64,000 nt of DNA, from the NCBI RefSeq assembly GCF_006345805.1, contig NC_043012.1, forward strand, positions 59,402,962-59,466,961. Reading direction: 5' to 3'. Each line of letters starts with the position of its first letter. Position 1 is the stretch's first letter. Shown piece after piece: positions 13,794 to 26,587 of the stretch. Origin of the DNA: Octopus sinensis. Lineage: Eukaryota. A model generated the notes under the pieces. The model was given only the letters and a program-made list of their open reading frames with translations, made no database searches and was not told the DNA's origin. Both the position numbers and the translations under genes were made by a program.

Positions 13794-14734
13794 ACATTTA
13801 GTTTATATATTTGGCTAAATAAAAAAAAGATATTGATTCATTTTATTCAAATTCAACCTTAGAATGTTTCAAAGTATTGCTTTTATACATACACCTTGGT
13901 CACTAAATCGATTAAAATAACAAATACCTAAAATGAGTTAAATTCCATGTATAAGATAGCAAGCGTTTCTCTATATTTATGAAGTTCGTACGAATAGGCT
14001 ATCATATAGAATGACCAACGTAACGCGAAACTCAGAACTACGTTTTTGCATAATTTTTGCTTAATTTTAGTGTGACGTCTATACTCGAATAATTAGAATG
14101 AGAGGCAAATTAGAATTGGTAGGTTTTGATGGTTGTCTTATTGTAATTCTTGTACTAAAGCTCTATGCATTTCTGCATTATATAGTCTAACTGCGTAACG
14201 AGGTCTACCCAGTGCACTGCTTCTTACGGCAGAAACAGCTCTAAAGCTGATGAAGCTGATTACATAATTATTGTTTGCTGTTAATCAACGATTTATATTA
14301 AGTTCTGGACTCACCTAACATTTTATTCTAAAGAATATTATACATTGTGTTCAAACGACTGGTTATTAGTATCACAACGCCTAATTGAAATCATCATTAT
14401 CACACACACACGCGCGCGCGCATACAGAGCAATGTGCAGTTACTGCAGTAGAAACATATGTTGTTCATCGTTATACATGCAGTAGAAAAACCTTCTAATA
14501 AAAGGTTTTTGATGTGAATGAAACTCCGCTCTCCTCTTGGTTATCAAATATATGTCCCAAGCACAAAGAAGCCTTGTATAGAAAATAGAAATGATTCGAA
14601 TTGATCACTAAAATTTAGGAATGAATACGTCAAGTACAGTTCGTCTCCTATCGAGATTACACATTGAATTTCTATAAGATGACAGATGCTATACAAATCT
14701 GTTTCGAAAGCAGTAGATGCTGGTTATAATGCGA

Positions 14735-14997
14735 TAATGCAATCTGTAAATAAAAGGATTGCAAGAGGTAGTCGAGCACTACTGATGTTTCAAAAGTACA
14801 CCAGGTGAATTTTACGTAACATTGTGAATGTCTCATAGTAATCTAGTATGCTTTTTCATCAGGTGTAATGCAATCTGTAAATAAAGTATTGCAAGAGGTA
14901 GTCGAGCACTACTGATGTTTCGAAAGTACACCAGGTGAATTTTACGTAACATTGTGAATGTCTCGTAGTAATCTAGTATGCTTTTTCATCAGGTGTA
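14735..14997. repeat. Tandem duplication, ~131 bp x2
   Basis: taatgcaatctgtaaataaa..tttttcatcaggtg at 14735 and 14866. Confidence 0.95.
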
Positions 14998-15603
14998 TAC
15001 ATAGCACGGCTTCGCTTAAAGTAGTCCGCCGCGATAAAGAATTAGAAGGAAAAAAAAATTGAAAGGGGAAACGGTAAATATCGAATGGCGTACTCTCCTC
15101 AGCGATTAATTTGTGAAATAGATAAAGCTGTGGTTTCATTTCATTAGGTGTATACTGAAATTATTCTGGTGGCTAGATCAGATTATTGCCTCATTGATGT
15201 ATAAGTGGCGTCAATGATGGGAAGTCGGTGAATCAAAAGCTGGGATTTTTATTACTTATCAAAGATAAACATGAATATTAAGATCTCATAGGGGGGAACA
15301 TGGGGAAAAGAAATAAAAGGGTAAAAGTAAAAAAGAAAATTGAATAAGAACTAATCGAAATAACGTTAGTTAAGTTAGTTGTATGTACACACATAGGAAT
15401 ACACTAGTCCACACTCTCACACACACATACACATACACGTAGACTCACACGTACGCACACACACACAACGTAGACGTACGCGTACGAAGTATATCCGTAT
15501 ATTCATATAATTTAAGACTATATAAACAAATATAAAGAAATATACACGCACAAACATGCGCGCGCACACACACGCATATTTATATATATATATATACACA
15601 CAC

Positions 15604-15644
<41 letters not shown>

Positions 15645-15726
15645 ATATATATTTAGACAAATAGATAACGAAGCCAAGGCTGTGAGGAGTTTTCAGGACA
15701 TTTGTAAGGAAAGAGATATAGATATA

Positions 15727-15774
15727 GTCTTATAACTGCTTCTGGGATATCATGGATATCCCTTCATCAGAGAT
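15727..15774 (-). ncRNA. Degenerate type I hammerhead motif
   Basis: Minus strand reads tct CTGATGA A GGGATATC cat GATATCCC A GAAGCAGTTATA aga; perfect 8-bp stem II, but the GAAA core and stem III are mutated relative to GAAACAGCTGTA at 48077. Confidence 0.55.
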
Positions 15775-16264
15775 GGTTAAGTGGAGGTAAATGTTTCCTT
15801 TCGAAACACACGTACAAATATGCGTATAGGCATATATATTCCATGATATATATACGCGGACAAGCATACGAATATATATCTATAAACTTGCTACACACAC
15901 AAATATTCAGAAGAAAATTAAATATACCAACTAATTGATACACATTTAGACGTTAATTTTTACAAACGAATACTATCATACGGGATTGAAATACAGGTGC
16001 AATATAAAGAATATAGAGTATATATGTAATCTTTATCTATTCCACTCTCTCCTCCCCTGTTTTTGATGCTTACTGCTTACCGGCATCTTATTTTGCTTTC
16101 TCTAATATGGCGGTCGTCCTTCAATGGAGCAGTCGTATACACCTGATGGAAAAGTACAGCGGACTGCTATGAAACATCTGTAATGTTACGTAATACGCAC
16201 TTGATGTGCTTTTGAAACATATGTAGTAGTTGATTACCTCTTCCATTCCATTATTTACAGATAT

Positions 16265-16311
<47 letters not shown>

Positions 16312-16629
16312 ATATATATATTATATATATTATGTATGTATGTATGTATGTATGTATGTATGTATGTATGTATGTATGTATATACGTATGTATGTATGTA
16401 TGCAAGTATGTATGTATGTATGCATGTATGTATGTATGTATGTATATATGTATGCATGTATGCATGTATGTATGTGTATATGCATGTATGTATGTATATT
16501 CCAGCATGCCCACTGCCTTTGGACTGAAACGTATGAGAAAATGAAAGAATATATACGAATATATACATCAATAGAGCTAGCTATATGTATATTTGTATTT
16601 ATAGCATATACATACGGACTATTATATGC

Positions 16630-16709
<80 letters not shown>

Positions 16710-16949
16710 ATCTATCTGTATGTATGCACATATACACACATGATATATATGCGCGCGCATATAAACACAGAAAATTGGTTTTTGTTAACTAATCCGTCCG
16801 GTAGTCCGATTGGTCCTGAGAGACTAAATACAAACACTAACTTAATCTCAAGAACATCAGAAAGCAGATTCTGGAGGAACGGGACAAAACCAATGAAAAG
16901 GTCCCCCTGTATGTATGTATGTATGTATGTATGTATGTATGTATGTATG

Positions 16950-16980
<31 letters not shown>

Positions 16981-18586
16981 GTATGTATGTATGCATGTAT
17001 GTATGTATGTATGTATGTATGTATATGTATTTATGTATGTGTATGTATTTATGTATGTATGTATGTATGTATATATATATGTATGTACGTACGTACGTAT
17101 GTATGTATGTATTATGTGTATATGTATGTATGTACGTACGTACGTACGTATGTATGTATGTATGTATGTATTATGTGTGTATGGACGTACGTATGTATGT
17201 ATATATTATTTACGTACGTATATACGTATGTATGTATTTATGTATCAATGCACGTACGTACGTTTGCATGTATGTATATGTGCATGCGTGTGTGTGTGTG
17301 CATGTATGTCTGTATGTAAGCATGTGCATATTTAGGTATGTTTCGTGTATAACGTATAAGTGTATGTCTTAATGTATGTATGCATGTTTTTATGTATATA
17401 ATATATACATATATACATACATACATACACACACACACACAGATATATATATATACAGACATATATATATATACATACACATACACACACATATATATAT
17501 ATACATATATATACACACACATATGCATGTGCATGTGTGTATATGTATGCAGGCATGTTCACTATTATATTCCTGATCACCATTATCCATCCTGTCCTCC
17601 GACTTATCTTCGTCGTCGTGCTTCTCCGCCACTTCCTCCCGATCATCGGCTGGAACATCTGGAATATTAACTAAATGTAGGAGATTAGTGATTAGCGAAT
17701 TAGTGTTAGGATTTTAAGTTTGAAGAGCGAGGGAGGGAGTGAGAGAGGGGATGGGGACGGGGAGAGAAAAAGTGAGCAAGATGGAGAGGGATAGGGATAT
17801 AGTAATGAGAGAAGAAGAGTAAGCGAGAAAAAGACAGAGTAAGGAAGAGTGAAAGACAGCAAGAGAGAGAGAGACAGAGTAGGGGTGAAGGGAAAGTGAG
17901 AAAAACTGAGAGAGAGACTGACAGATTGAGAGAGGGGGAAGGAGTGATACAGTGAGAAACAAAGAGAGAAAATGAAAGGGGTAGAAAGAGAGAGAGAGAG
18001 AGAGAAAATGAGAAAGAGGGGCTACGAGAGAAAGAGAGAGAGAGGAAGAGAACGGAAAAGATAACTGGAGAGAGTGGAGTAGGAGAGGGACAGAGAGAGA
18101 AAGACAGAGAAAGAGAAATGAGAGAGAGAGTGAGGAGAGAAGGAGCAGAGAGAGAGAGAGAAAGACAGAGAATGAGAAATGAGAGAGAGAGAGGAGAGAA
18201 AGAGCAGAGAGAGAGAGAGAGAGAGAGAAAAGGCTGGACAACCGGAAGTTAGACAATTGATCAGGGACCTGAATACTTAAGACCACAAAATCCCCATCAC
18301 ATATCAGAGAAGGGGTCGGGTAAAGGGTAGTTGTCAATTAAGCATTTGTCCCTTATAATATTAACAGAACTCTTCAGACATATTCCCACCCTTAAATTTC
18401 GCCTACATACTCCCAGCATTCCTTTTCAGTTTACACGTTTCACTTTCTTTCGTCATTCGCTTATTCCGCCCACCTTTCTTTCCTTCTTTCTCTCTTTCAT
18501 TCTGTCTTCCATCCTTTCATTCTGTCTATCGTTCTTTTTTCTTCCTCTCTTTTCTTCTTCGCTTATTCCGCCCAACTTCCTTTCCT

Positions 18587-18634
<48 letters not shown>

Positions 18635-18768
18635 TTCTTCTTCCCTTCTTTCTTTCCTTCTTTCTTTCTTTCTTTCTTTCTTTCTTCGTTACTTCGTCTA
18701 TTTTTCTTTCTTTCTATCTTTCTTTTCTGTTTCTTTCCTTCATACCGCCATTCCTTCCTGTCTTTCTT

Positions 18769-18868
18769 NNNNNNNNNNNNNNNNNNNNNNNNNNNNNNNN
18801 NNNNNNNNNNNNNNNNNNNNNNNNNNNNNNNNNNNNNNNNNNNNNNNNNNNNNNNNNNNNNNNNNNNN
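18769..18868. other. Assembly gap (100 N)
   Basis: Run of N, flanked by pyrimidine microsatellites. Confidence 1.
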
Positions 18869-19775
18869 ATGGTCGTTTACTGAAACGATTGTAACATCAA
18901 TTGAATTTTTCCTTTTGATATTTGAATTCTTCTTCTCTTCTTCTTCTTCTTCTTCTTCTTCTTCTTTTCTTCTTCTTCTTCTTCTTCTTCTTCTTCTTCT
19001 TCTTCTCCTTCTTCTCCTCCTCCTCCTCCTCCTCCGCCTTCTTCTTCTTCTTCTTCTTCTTCTTCTTCTCATTATTATTATCATTATTATTATGATATTG
19101 GGCTTCAAGATAGAACATTATGTCATCCATACCGTTCCAAAAGATGCTGAAACCAAGCTTCCTTTACTAATTCTCTTTACGATACGACAATCTGAAACAG
19201 AAAGACTTTTCCAACAAAACTTTTTTGAAATGACTTCAGCTCAGTGACTATCAGAGATTCCATCCGTAGTGAAAGGCGAGATAGATAGCTGTTTTACTCA
19301 ACACCTTCTTTACAGAAAGGTTTGTAGAAGAAACAGCTCCTCTATAAATGATACCAATGCTCTCTGGCCAACTACATCACCCGTGACACGGACAGGTTGA
19401 CGGAAACTTAGACGGCTTATCTAATTCGGCGCATCAAATGCAGCGAATGCGACACCGAAAGCATAGTTAGGCCATTGGGCATCCAAAATATTTCTACACC
19501 CATTCAGTATCCCACCTTGCAAAATGCTTTTAGGGATCGATTATCGAATGTATCATCTCATTATTTACGCTGGCAGAATTATTTGCGTGTCGAACAAAAT
19601 GTTTAACGACATTTCTCCCGGCTCTTCTCCCCACTTCCAAAAAGTCACCTTTACTTTACATTCTTTGGAATCGATAAAATAAATACTGGGTGTCGATGTA
19701 ATCGATTTACCCTCTTCCCCTCAAATTAGAAACCGTGTACCGAAATCAGAAGGAAAATATTTACGACGGTAATAG

Positions 19776-19939
19776 ATTGTGATTCGAGTAGGATTTGCAT
19801 TTCTAGCAAGTCGTGCTAAAGCATTAGACACCTTTTCGTTGCCTATTTTTATTGATGTTCTTGAAAATTGTTCTGGGCAAATTTTGACAAAGATAAAGAG
19901 TGTGAGAAAAATGCCTTCAGGGACAATGCATTAAGAGTC
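19776..19939 (+). repeat. 164-bp direct repeat, copy 1
   Basis: Near identical to 23961-24124. Confidence 0.95.
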
Positions 19940-20658
19940 ATTAGAATTTTGTCTCTGAGGATATCTGTAATTTCTTGACTGTCGCAGTCTTGAATTCTGA
20001 AAGTGGATGCACTGACGTCATTCTAACGAATTAGTTTAATTCTCTTATGCAATGTAACATAATTGCTGTTATTCTTTGCCATTTTATTGCTCTACATCTT
20101 CCTTTTAGTAGACACAAAGTAATTCCATTATTCCATTATTCCAATATTCCAATATTAATTGTTTGGTTCGTTATTTCGTGGCACCATTATCAGACAACAT
20201 TGAAACAGACACTTCCAATACGAAAACACTTTCGTTTTTCCTTGTTACTATTCCGCATAGTTGGCGCGTCGAACAAAATGCACGACGGAAATTCTTTTGG
20301 TTCTTTATGTTTTGAGTTCAAATTCCGCCACGGTCAGATTTGCTGTTCTTTTTCGGAGATCGATAAAATAAGGTACCATTCAAATTCCGTGGTTAGTGTA
20401 TCGATTGAAATTACTGATATTGTGTCAAAATTTGAAGCAATTATTTTATTGACTTCAGCTTTAGATTGCGACCATACTGGGTGACCGGCTTCAAAAGTTG
20501 GGCCGGTGATAGCAACTCTATTACTTATTTCCAAGTCTGGCTCTTATTTCATCGAATCTATTAGTCGAACCATTAATTTACTGCTCATAAACAAACAGCA
20601 CTGGTTATTAAGAGGTGTAAATGTATAAATTTACACACGCACGTACACAATATATATA

Positions 20659-20702
<44 letters not shown>

Positions 20703-20792
20703 ATATAATATATATATGTACACATACGTTATGTAGATACATACATCTATACGTATATATATATATATATATCATATATATATATATATATA

Positions 20793-22402
20793 GTCCCGTC
20801 CTGTGGTTCTTGTGTCGTCTCTTTGGTGTTTCATGTTCTTGTCCATGTCTGTATTTATTTTTTACTGTTTACATATATAATCGGCGGCTACGTATCCACA
20901 ATTGTCCTTATACGATAAGTATATTTTTTCTCTAGCATTGCTACGACTCTTGATCTGTCTCTTTCTCTCTCTCCTCCTCCCTTATTCCCCTTCATTTCTT
21001 TCCCTCTCCATCCGTCCCCCCCTTCTACGTTTCTCTATCTCTCTCACCTCCAGTCCCCTCGATCTGTCTCTTTCTTCTCCTCCCTCGTCCAACTTCTCTC
21101 TCTCTTCATCTGTCCCTTTCTCCTGTCTTTTGTTCTCACGTGACCGCTAGCCACTGCTGAGCGCCCTTTTCGTTCCAGCAGTCGTCGAAGCAACACGTAT
21201 TTGTTCGTCTCCCTGCGGCCATTAGGCACTACTTCATAAGCCAGCCCCATACTCAACTCGTCCTGTCGAAAGACCCTTGTCCTACGTCCTGGTTTTGTTT
21301 TGTTTTTTATCTTTACCGTTATTGTTTTTACGTTTTTGTATTCTTATTGGTGTCACGTATTCTGTATTTTTGTTCGTGTACTCCGTTCGTTTTCCGTCCT
21401 CATGTTGTATACATTCGAAGCTTTCTTCCAGGGGATCTAGTGCGCTTGGCTTAGATTTTCCTTTGGGGGGCTGCCCAGATCGGAACAATCTCAAGATTAA
21501 TCAGCCGAAATTGCGAAGATGATCTGGTTCTTGACTGATGACTGAGGGCTTCGAATGTCCCGTCCTGTGGTTCTTGTGTCGTCTCTTTGGTGTTTTTCAT
21601 GTTCTTCTCCATGTCTGTATTTATTTTTACTGTTTACATATATAATCGGCGGCTACGTATCCACAATTGTCCTTATACGATAGTATATTTTTTCCTAGCA
21701 TTGCTACGACTCTTGATCTGTCTCTTTCTCTCTCTCCTCTCCCTTATTCCCCTTCATTTCTTTCCCTCTCCATCCGTCCCCCCCTTCTACGTTTCTCTAT
21801 CTCTCTCACCTCCAGTCCCCTCGATCTGTCTCTTTCTTCTCCTCCTCGTCCAACTTCTCTCTCTCTTCATCTGTCCCTTTCTCCTGTCTTTTGTTCTCAC
21901 GTGACCGCTAGCCAACTGCTGAGCGCCCTTTTCGTTCCAGCAGTCGTCGAAGCCAACACGTATTTGTTCGTCTCCCTGCGGCCATTAGGCACTACTTCAT
22001 AAGCCAGCCCCATACTCAACTCGTCCTGTCGAAAGAACCTTGTCCTACGTCCTGGTTTTGTTTTGTTTTTTATCTTTACCGTTATTGTTTTTTTACGTTT
22101 TTGTATTCTTATTGGTGTCACGTATTCTGTATTTTTGTTCGTGTACTCCGTTCGTTTTCCGTCCTCATGTTGTATACATTCGAAGCTTTCTTCCAGGGGA
22201 TCTAGTGCGCTTGGCCTTAGATTTTCCTTTGGGGGGCTGCCCAGATCGGAACAATCTCAAGATTAATCAGCCGAAATTGCGAAGATGATCTGTTTCTTGA
22301 CTGATGACTGAGGGCTTCGAATGTCCCGTCCTGTGGTTCTTGTGTCGTCTCTTTGGTTTTTCATGTTCTTCTCCATGTCTGTATTTATTTTTACTGTTTA
22401 AC
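20793..22402 (+). repeat. ~765-bp unit x2.1 in tandem, within (TA)n; possibly LTR-derived
   Basis: gtcccgtcctgtggttcttg recurs at 20793, ~21557 and 22323; diverged homolog of its 3' part at ~51395-51622. Confidence 0.9.
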
Positions 22403-23259
22403 ATATATATATATATATATAATATATATAATATATATTATATATAGATGCATATATGGGCACAGAACGTCACGAATTGTGTACAACAAAAAATGCGAAG
22501 TATGAGTACATGGAATATGAACTATTTTTTCGAACAACGAAAGACATAAATGGAAAGCAAGAACAACAACAGTTGTTGAATGTTCATCTACTCTCGTATT
22601 TCGAGCATTTAATAAGACACGCGTTGGATAAAACAGTTGCTCTCGCAAAGCAAATGAAATAAAATTTGGGATTTTGCGGATGGTCAAAATTGGTAACACA
22701 AACGGGACAATAGTGAAAACAAACAGAAAGCGCTGCTAAGCCTAAACGAGGTTGTAGTGGTGAACGCGTAAATCAAGCTTGGACAGGAGGCAGACAAGCA
22801 CACGTCTTCCTTGATCCAACTACAATGGAGAGAAAGAAAGAAATAGAAGTTGGGAGAAGGATGGCTGATGGTCATGTGGGAGCCAAGTGAGCAAGGGAGA
22901 AAGAGAGAGGGAGAGAGAGTGGCAGACTGGGAACTGTTACACACATATGAGGATATCTATTTAATGTCTTTTATCTATTACTTATTTCAGTCATTAGACG
23001 GTAACTATGCTGATGCACCACCTTGAGGAATTTTAGTCGAATGAAACAAAACAATACTTCTTATTTTTTAAGACTGGTACTTATTATATCGATTTCTTTT
23101 GCCCAACTGCTAGGTTATGGGGACATAAATACATCAATACCGGTCGTAAGCGGTGGTGGGAGACAAACACATGCACAAAGACACACACACATACACAGAC
23201 ATCGTGTGTGTGTCTATGTGTGTGTGTGTGTGTATATATATGTGTGTGCGTGTGTGTGT

Positions 23260-23670
23260 GAGTGGCTGTGTGGTAAGTAGCTTGCTTACTAACCACATGG
23301 TTCCGTGTTCAGTCTCACTGCGTGGCACCTTGGGCAAGTGTCTTCTACTATAGCTTAGGTCCGACCAAAGCCTTGTGAGTGAATTTGGTAGACGGAAACT
23401 GAAAGAAACCCGTCGTATATATGTATATATATATAAGTATGTGTGTGTATATGTTTGTGTACCTGTGTTGATCCCCACAACATCGCTTTACAACCGATGG
23501 TGATATGTTTATGTCCCCGTAACTTTGCGGTTCGGCAAAAGAGACTGATAGAATAAGTACTAGGCTTACAAAGAATAAGTCCTGGGATAGACTTGCTCGA
23601 CTAAAGGCGGTGCTCCAGCATGGCCGCAATCAAATGACTGAAACAAGTAAAAGGGTAAAAGAGTAAAAGA
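23260..23670 (+). mobile_element. SINE family A, full length (preceded by an inverted diverged tail at 22965-23200)
   Basis: Alignment by eye to other copies. Confidence 0.9.
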
Positions 23671-23960
23671 ATAGAAGAGTCTAAAAACCTTGGACTCTAC
23701 GAAAAATCCTCCATAGAAGAACCCCTGTCTTTCCACAACATCTGGAGTTCATGACTGTCAGTATTAATAATGAGAACCTGATGCAAATGTTGACATTAGC
23801 TGAAAGAGAGAGGGATAGGGGGAGGGAGAGGGTGGGTGGGAGAAAGAAGGAGGTAAGAAAGAGAGAGAAAGAGAGAATAAAAAGAATGTGTTGATTGAAG
23901 GAAATGGTAGACGTTTAAAACGCCGAACACCCAAATGGTAGGCAATGGACGAAACATTAC

Positions 23961-24124
23961 ATTGTGATTCGAGTAGGATTTGCATTTCTAGCAAGTCGTG
24001 CTAAAGCACTAGACACCTTTTCGTTGCCTATTTTTAACGATGCTCTTGAAAATTGTTCTGGGCAAATTTTGACAAAGATAAAGAGTGTGAGAAAAATGCC
24101 TTCAGGGACAATGCATTAAGAGTC
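23961..24124 (+). repeat. 164-bp direct repeat, copy 2
   Basis: Near identical to 19776-19939. Confidence 0.95.
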
Positions 24125-25749
24125 GTCGAAGAAAGACGCCGAAGCTTGACGTGTAAGGGCGATAGATTGGCAGTATTTTGAGAGTCTCGGTCAACCTGCC
24201 TTACAGTATTTATTCCGAGGTTTTAGGCTCTGAGTTCAAATCCCTCCTTGATCTATTTCCCCTTTCATATTTTCGGTGTCGATAAAATAATTTTTCCCCT
24301 TCACTTGTGTTAGATGAAAATATTTTTGAGAAAGGCATGAACAGGGAACTTTTGCATTAAATTTAAAAATAAAAATTTAACGGCCACTGAGTATTTTTGT
24401 AACACCTGTGGTTTCTCTTATTTTTGGCGCCAAATAATACCTGATTGATTCACTTAAGGTCAAGGGCGTTCCAGCTTTGGCCATCCACTCGATTTTTTTG
24501 TTAATTCCGATATAGTTTATCGCTGAGGAGATCTAATAACACCGAGACATATCTGTTACTCTTCATTCCAACAACCATCAGAATTTCCTCACAAGAAATA
24601 AAATTCAAATGTTTTCTTTCAATACCTCACGTGAAGCAACTACCTTCTGCTTACATCACCAGTCTGTTAGACCTCATTTCCATTCCCACATTGAAATACA
24701 ACTCCCGAATAGCATTGTGGTTTTCAAGAGTTAACTACACCTGAATGTCCATGGATAGATATTCTCATTGCATGCCAACTTTCACTCATCATCTCTTGCT
24801 CCTGCAAATGGTTAACAAGACATATGCCAATATAAGTAACAATATGACTAGTTTTGATCTTCTTATTTGTTTACTCTTTATTCTATGGATAGGTGTTTGA
24901 TACATCTACACGCACTGTTTTATACATCAGTCGCTGCCTTTTTAAGACACAAACTCTTCATATGCGCTATTGCGATTGATGAAATACACATCTTTCCCAT
25001 ACATCAAGCAGAGCTTCCGCAGCTCTTATGCTGAGTGGATACGGAAGTTCTCTCCCTTTTTGATAAACAGCTATGTCCCCCACCTTCGATCAATCCCTTG
25101 AAAACTCGAGTAACGAAGCAATCTCTTTTGTGACACATCTCTACCACACACTTTCCATTTTCTCAAGACGACAGATGTCTAATGCTTTCCTTTAATTTAC
25201 AACACTAAGAAAAGATGAGTTCATATCGGCAGTGCTTGTGTTAATGTCATATAAATTTGTGCTTTTGATCGTCAAATTGTGCGTTTAAAGTATACTTAAT
25301 TGTCATGTTTTTGTTTATATTGTCATTGTAAATATGTTTCTAGGGGTTTCAGACGTTTTGGTACCGTTTGAGGTTACTAGTCACAAATATGATTATTACC
25401 AACAGGTGTAAAATGGGTATTTGTAAGAATATAAATATATATTAAAAATACTAAAAGACAACCTTTCTCCTCCTGCTCGGTAACGGGATGGATGTAAAAA
25501 TATTTCAAAATGCTTAGTTGGCAAAAAAGACCAAGGAAAGAAAAAAAAAAGAAAGAAAAGAGCAAGGATAAAAAAAAGAACTATTTTTCGTAAGACAATA
25601 TTGGTAGTGAATATCTTGTAAACAGAACTCATTGAATACGCATGCGGCTTTCAGTGAATAAAGCAACACCAGCAACAACTATAACACAAACTACTACAAC
25701 AATGATAAAAATATTAACAACAAAAAACTACACCACTAATAATAATAAT

Positions 25750-25828
<79 letters not shown>

Positions 25829-26556
25829 GTAAACTGGAGGTAAATAACGCAATTTGTAGGTTGAGAATGATGACAACATATAATCGTGCAGATGTTGTTA
25901 TGGCTGAAGTAAAAGATGAAAAGCATCAAAAGAGAACGATGTTTTACTAATGAAACCTAATCTTCTCCCTCGTGTTATTTTCGCTCAAAAGACAGATAGC
26001 TTTCTAATGAACCCTCTTAAAACACAAAATATTATATACATATGTACAAGCATACATGCTTTCATACACTCACGCATGCATACAGACGCACGCACTGGCA
26101 CACACACATACACGTGTGTGTGTGTGTGTGTGTGTGACTGTGCAGTTAAGTACTGGCATGCGCACACACTTTCATATATATATATATATATATATATATG
26201 AAAGTGTGTGTGTGTATATATATGTATGTATGTATATATATATATATATATATAGATATAGATGTACATATATATATATATAATATATATATATATGTAT
26301 ATATTTATATATATATACACACACATATATACCTTTATATATATTTATATATCATCTACCTATATTTATGTATCTATCTATTTATAAATATGTATGTATG
26401 TATGTGTGGATGTATATTTGTAATTATATATATATATATATGTATATATGCATCTCTGTATTTTTGTCATTCATCATACACATTTATTAATCTTTCTCTG
26501 TTTAACTGTCTCTCCTCTTCTCTCTCATTCTCTCTCTCACTCTCTTTTTGTCTCTC

Positions 26557-26587
<31 letters not shown>

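Noticed and set aside
21530-21565. CTGATGA in the 765-bp unit as a hammerhead (retrozyme hypothesis)
   Set aside because: No GAAA or stem II follows, and the homolog at 51540 reads ctgaata
24540-24790. Possible ancient LINE fragments (also 41160-41350 and 48725-48900)
   Set aside because: Too decayed to translate a convincing motif by eye
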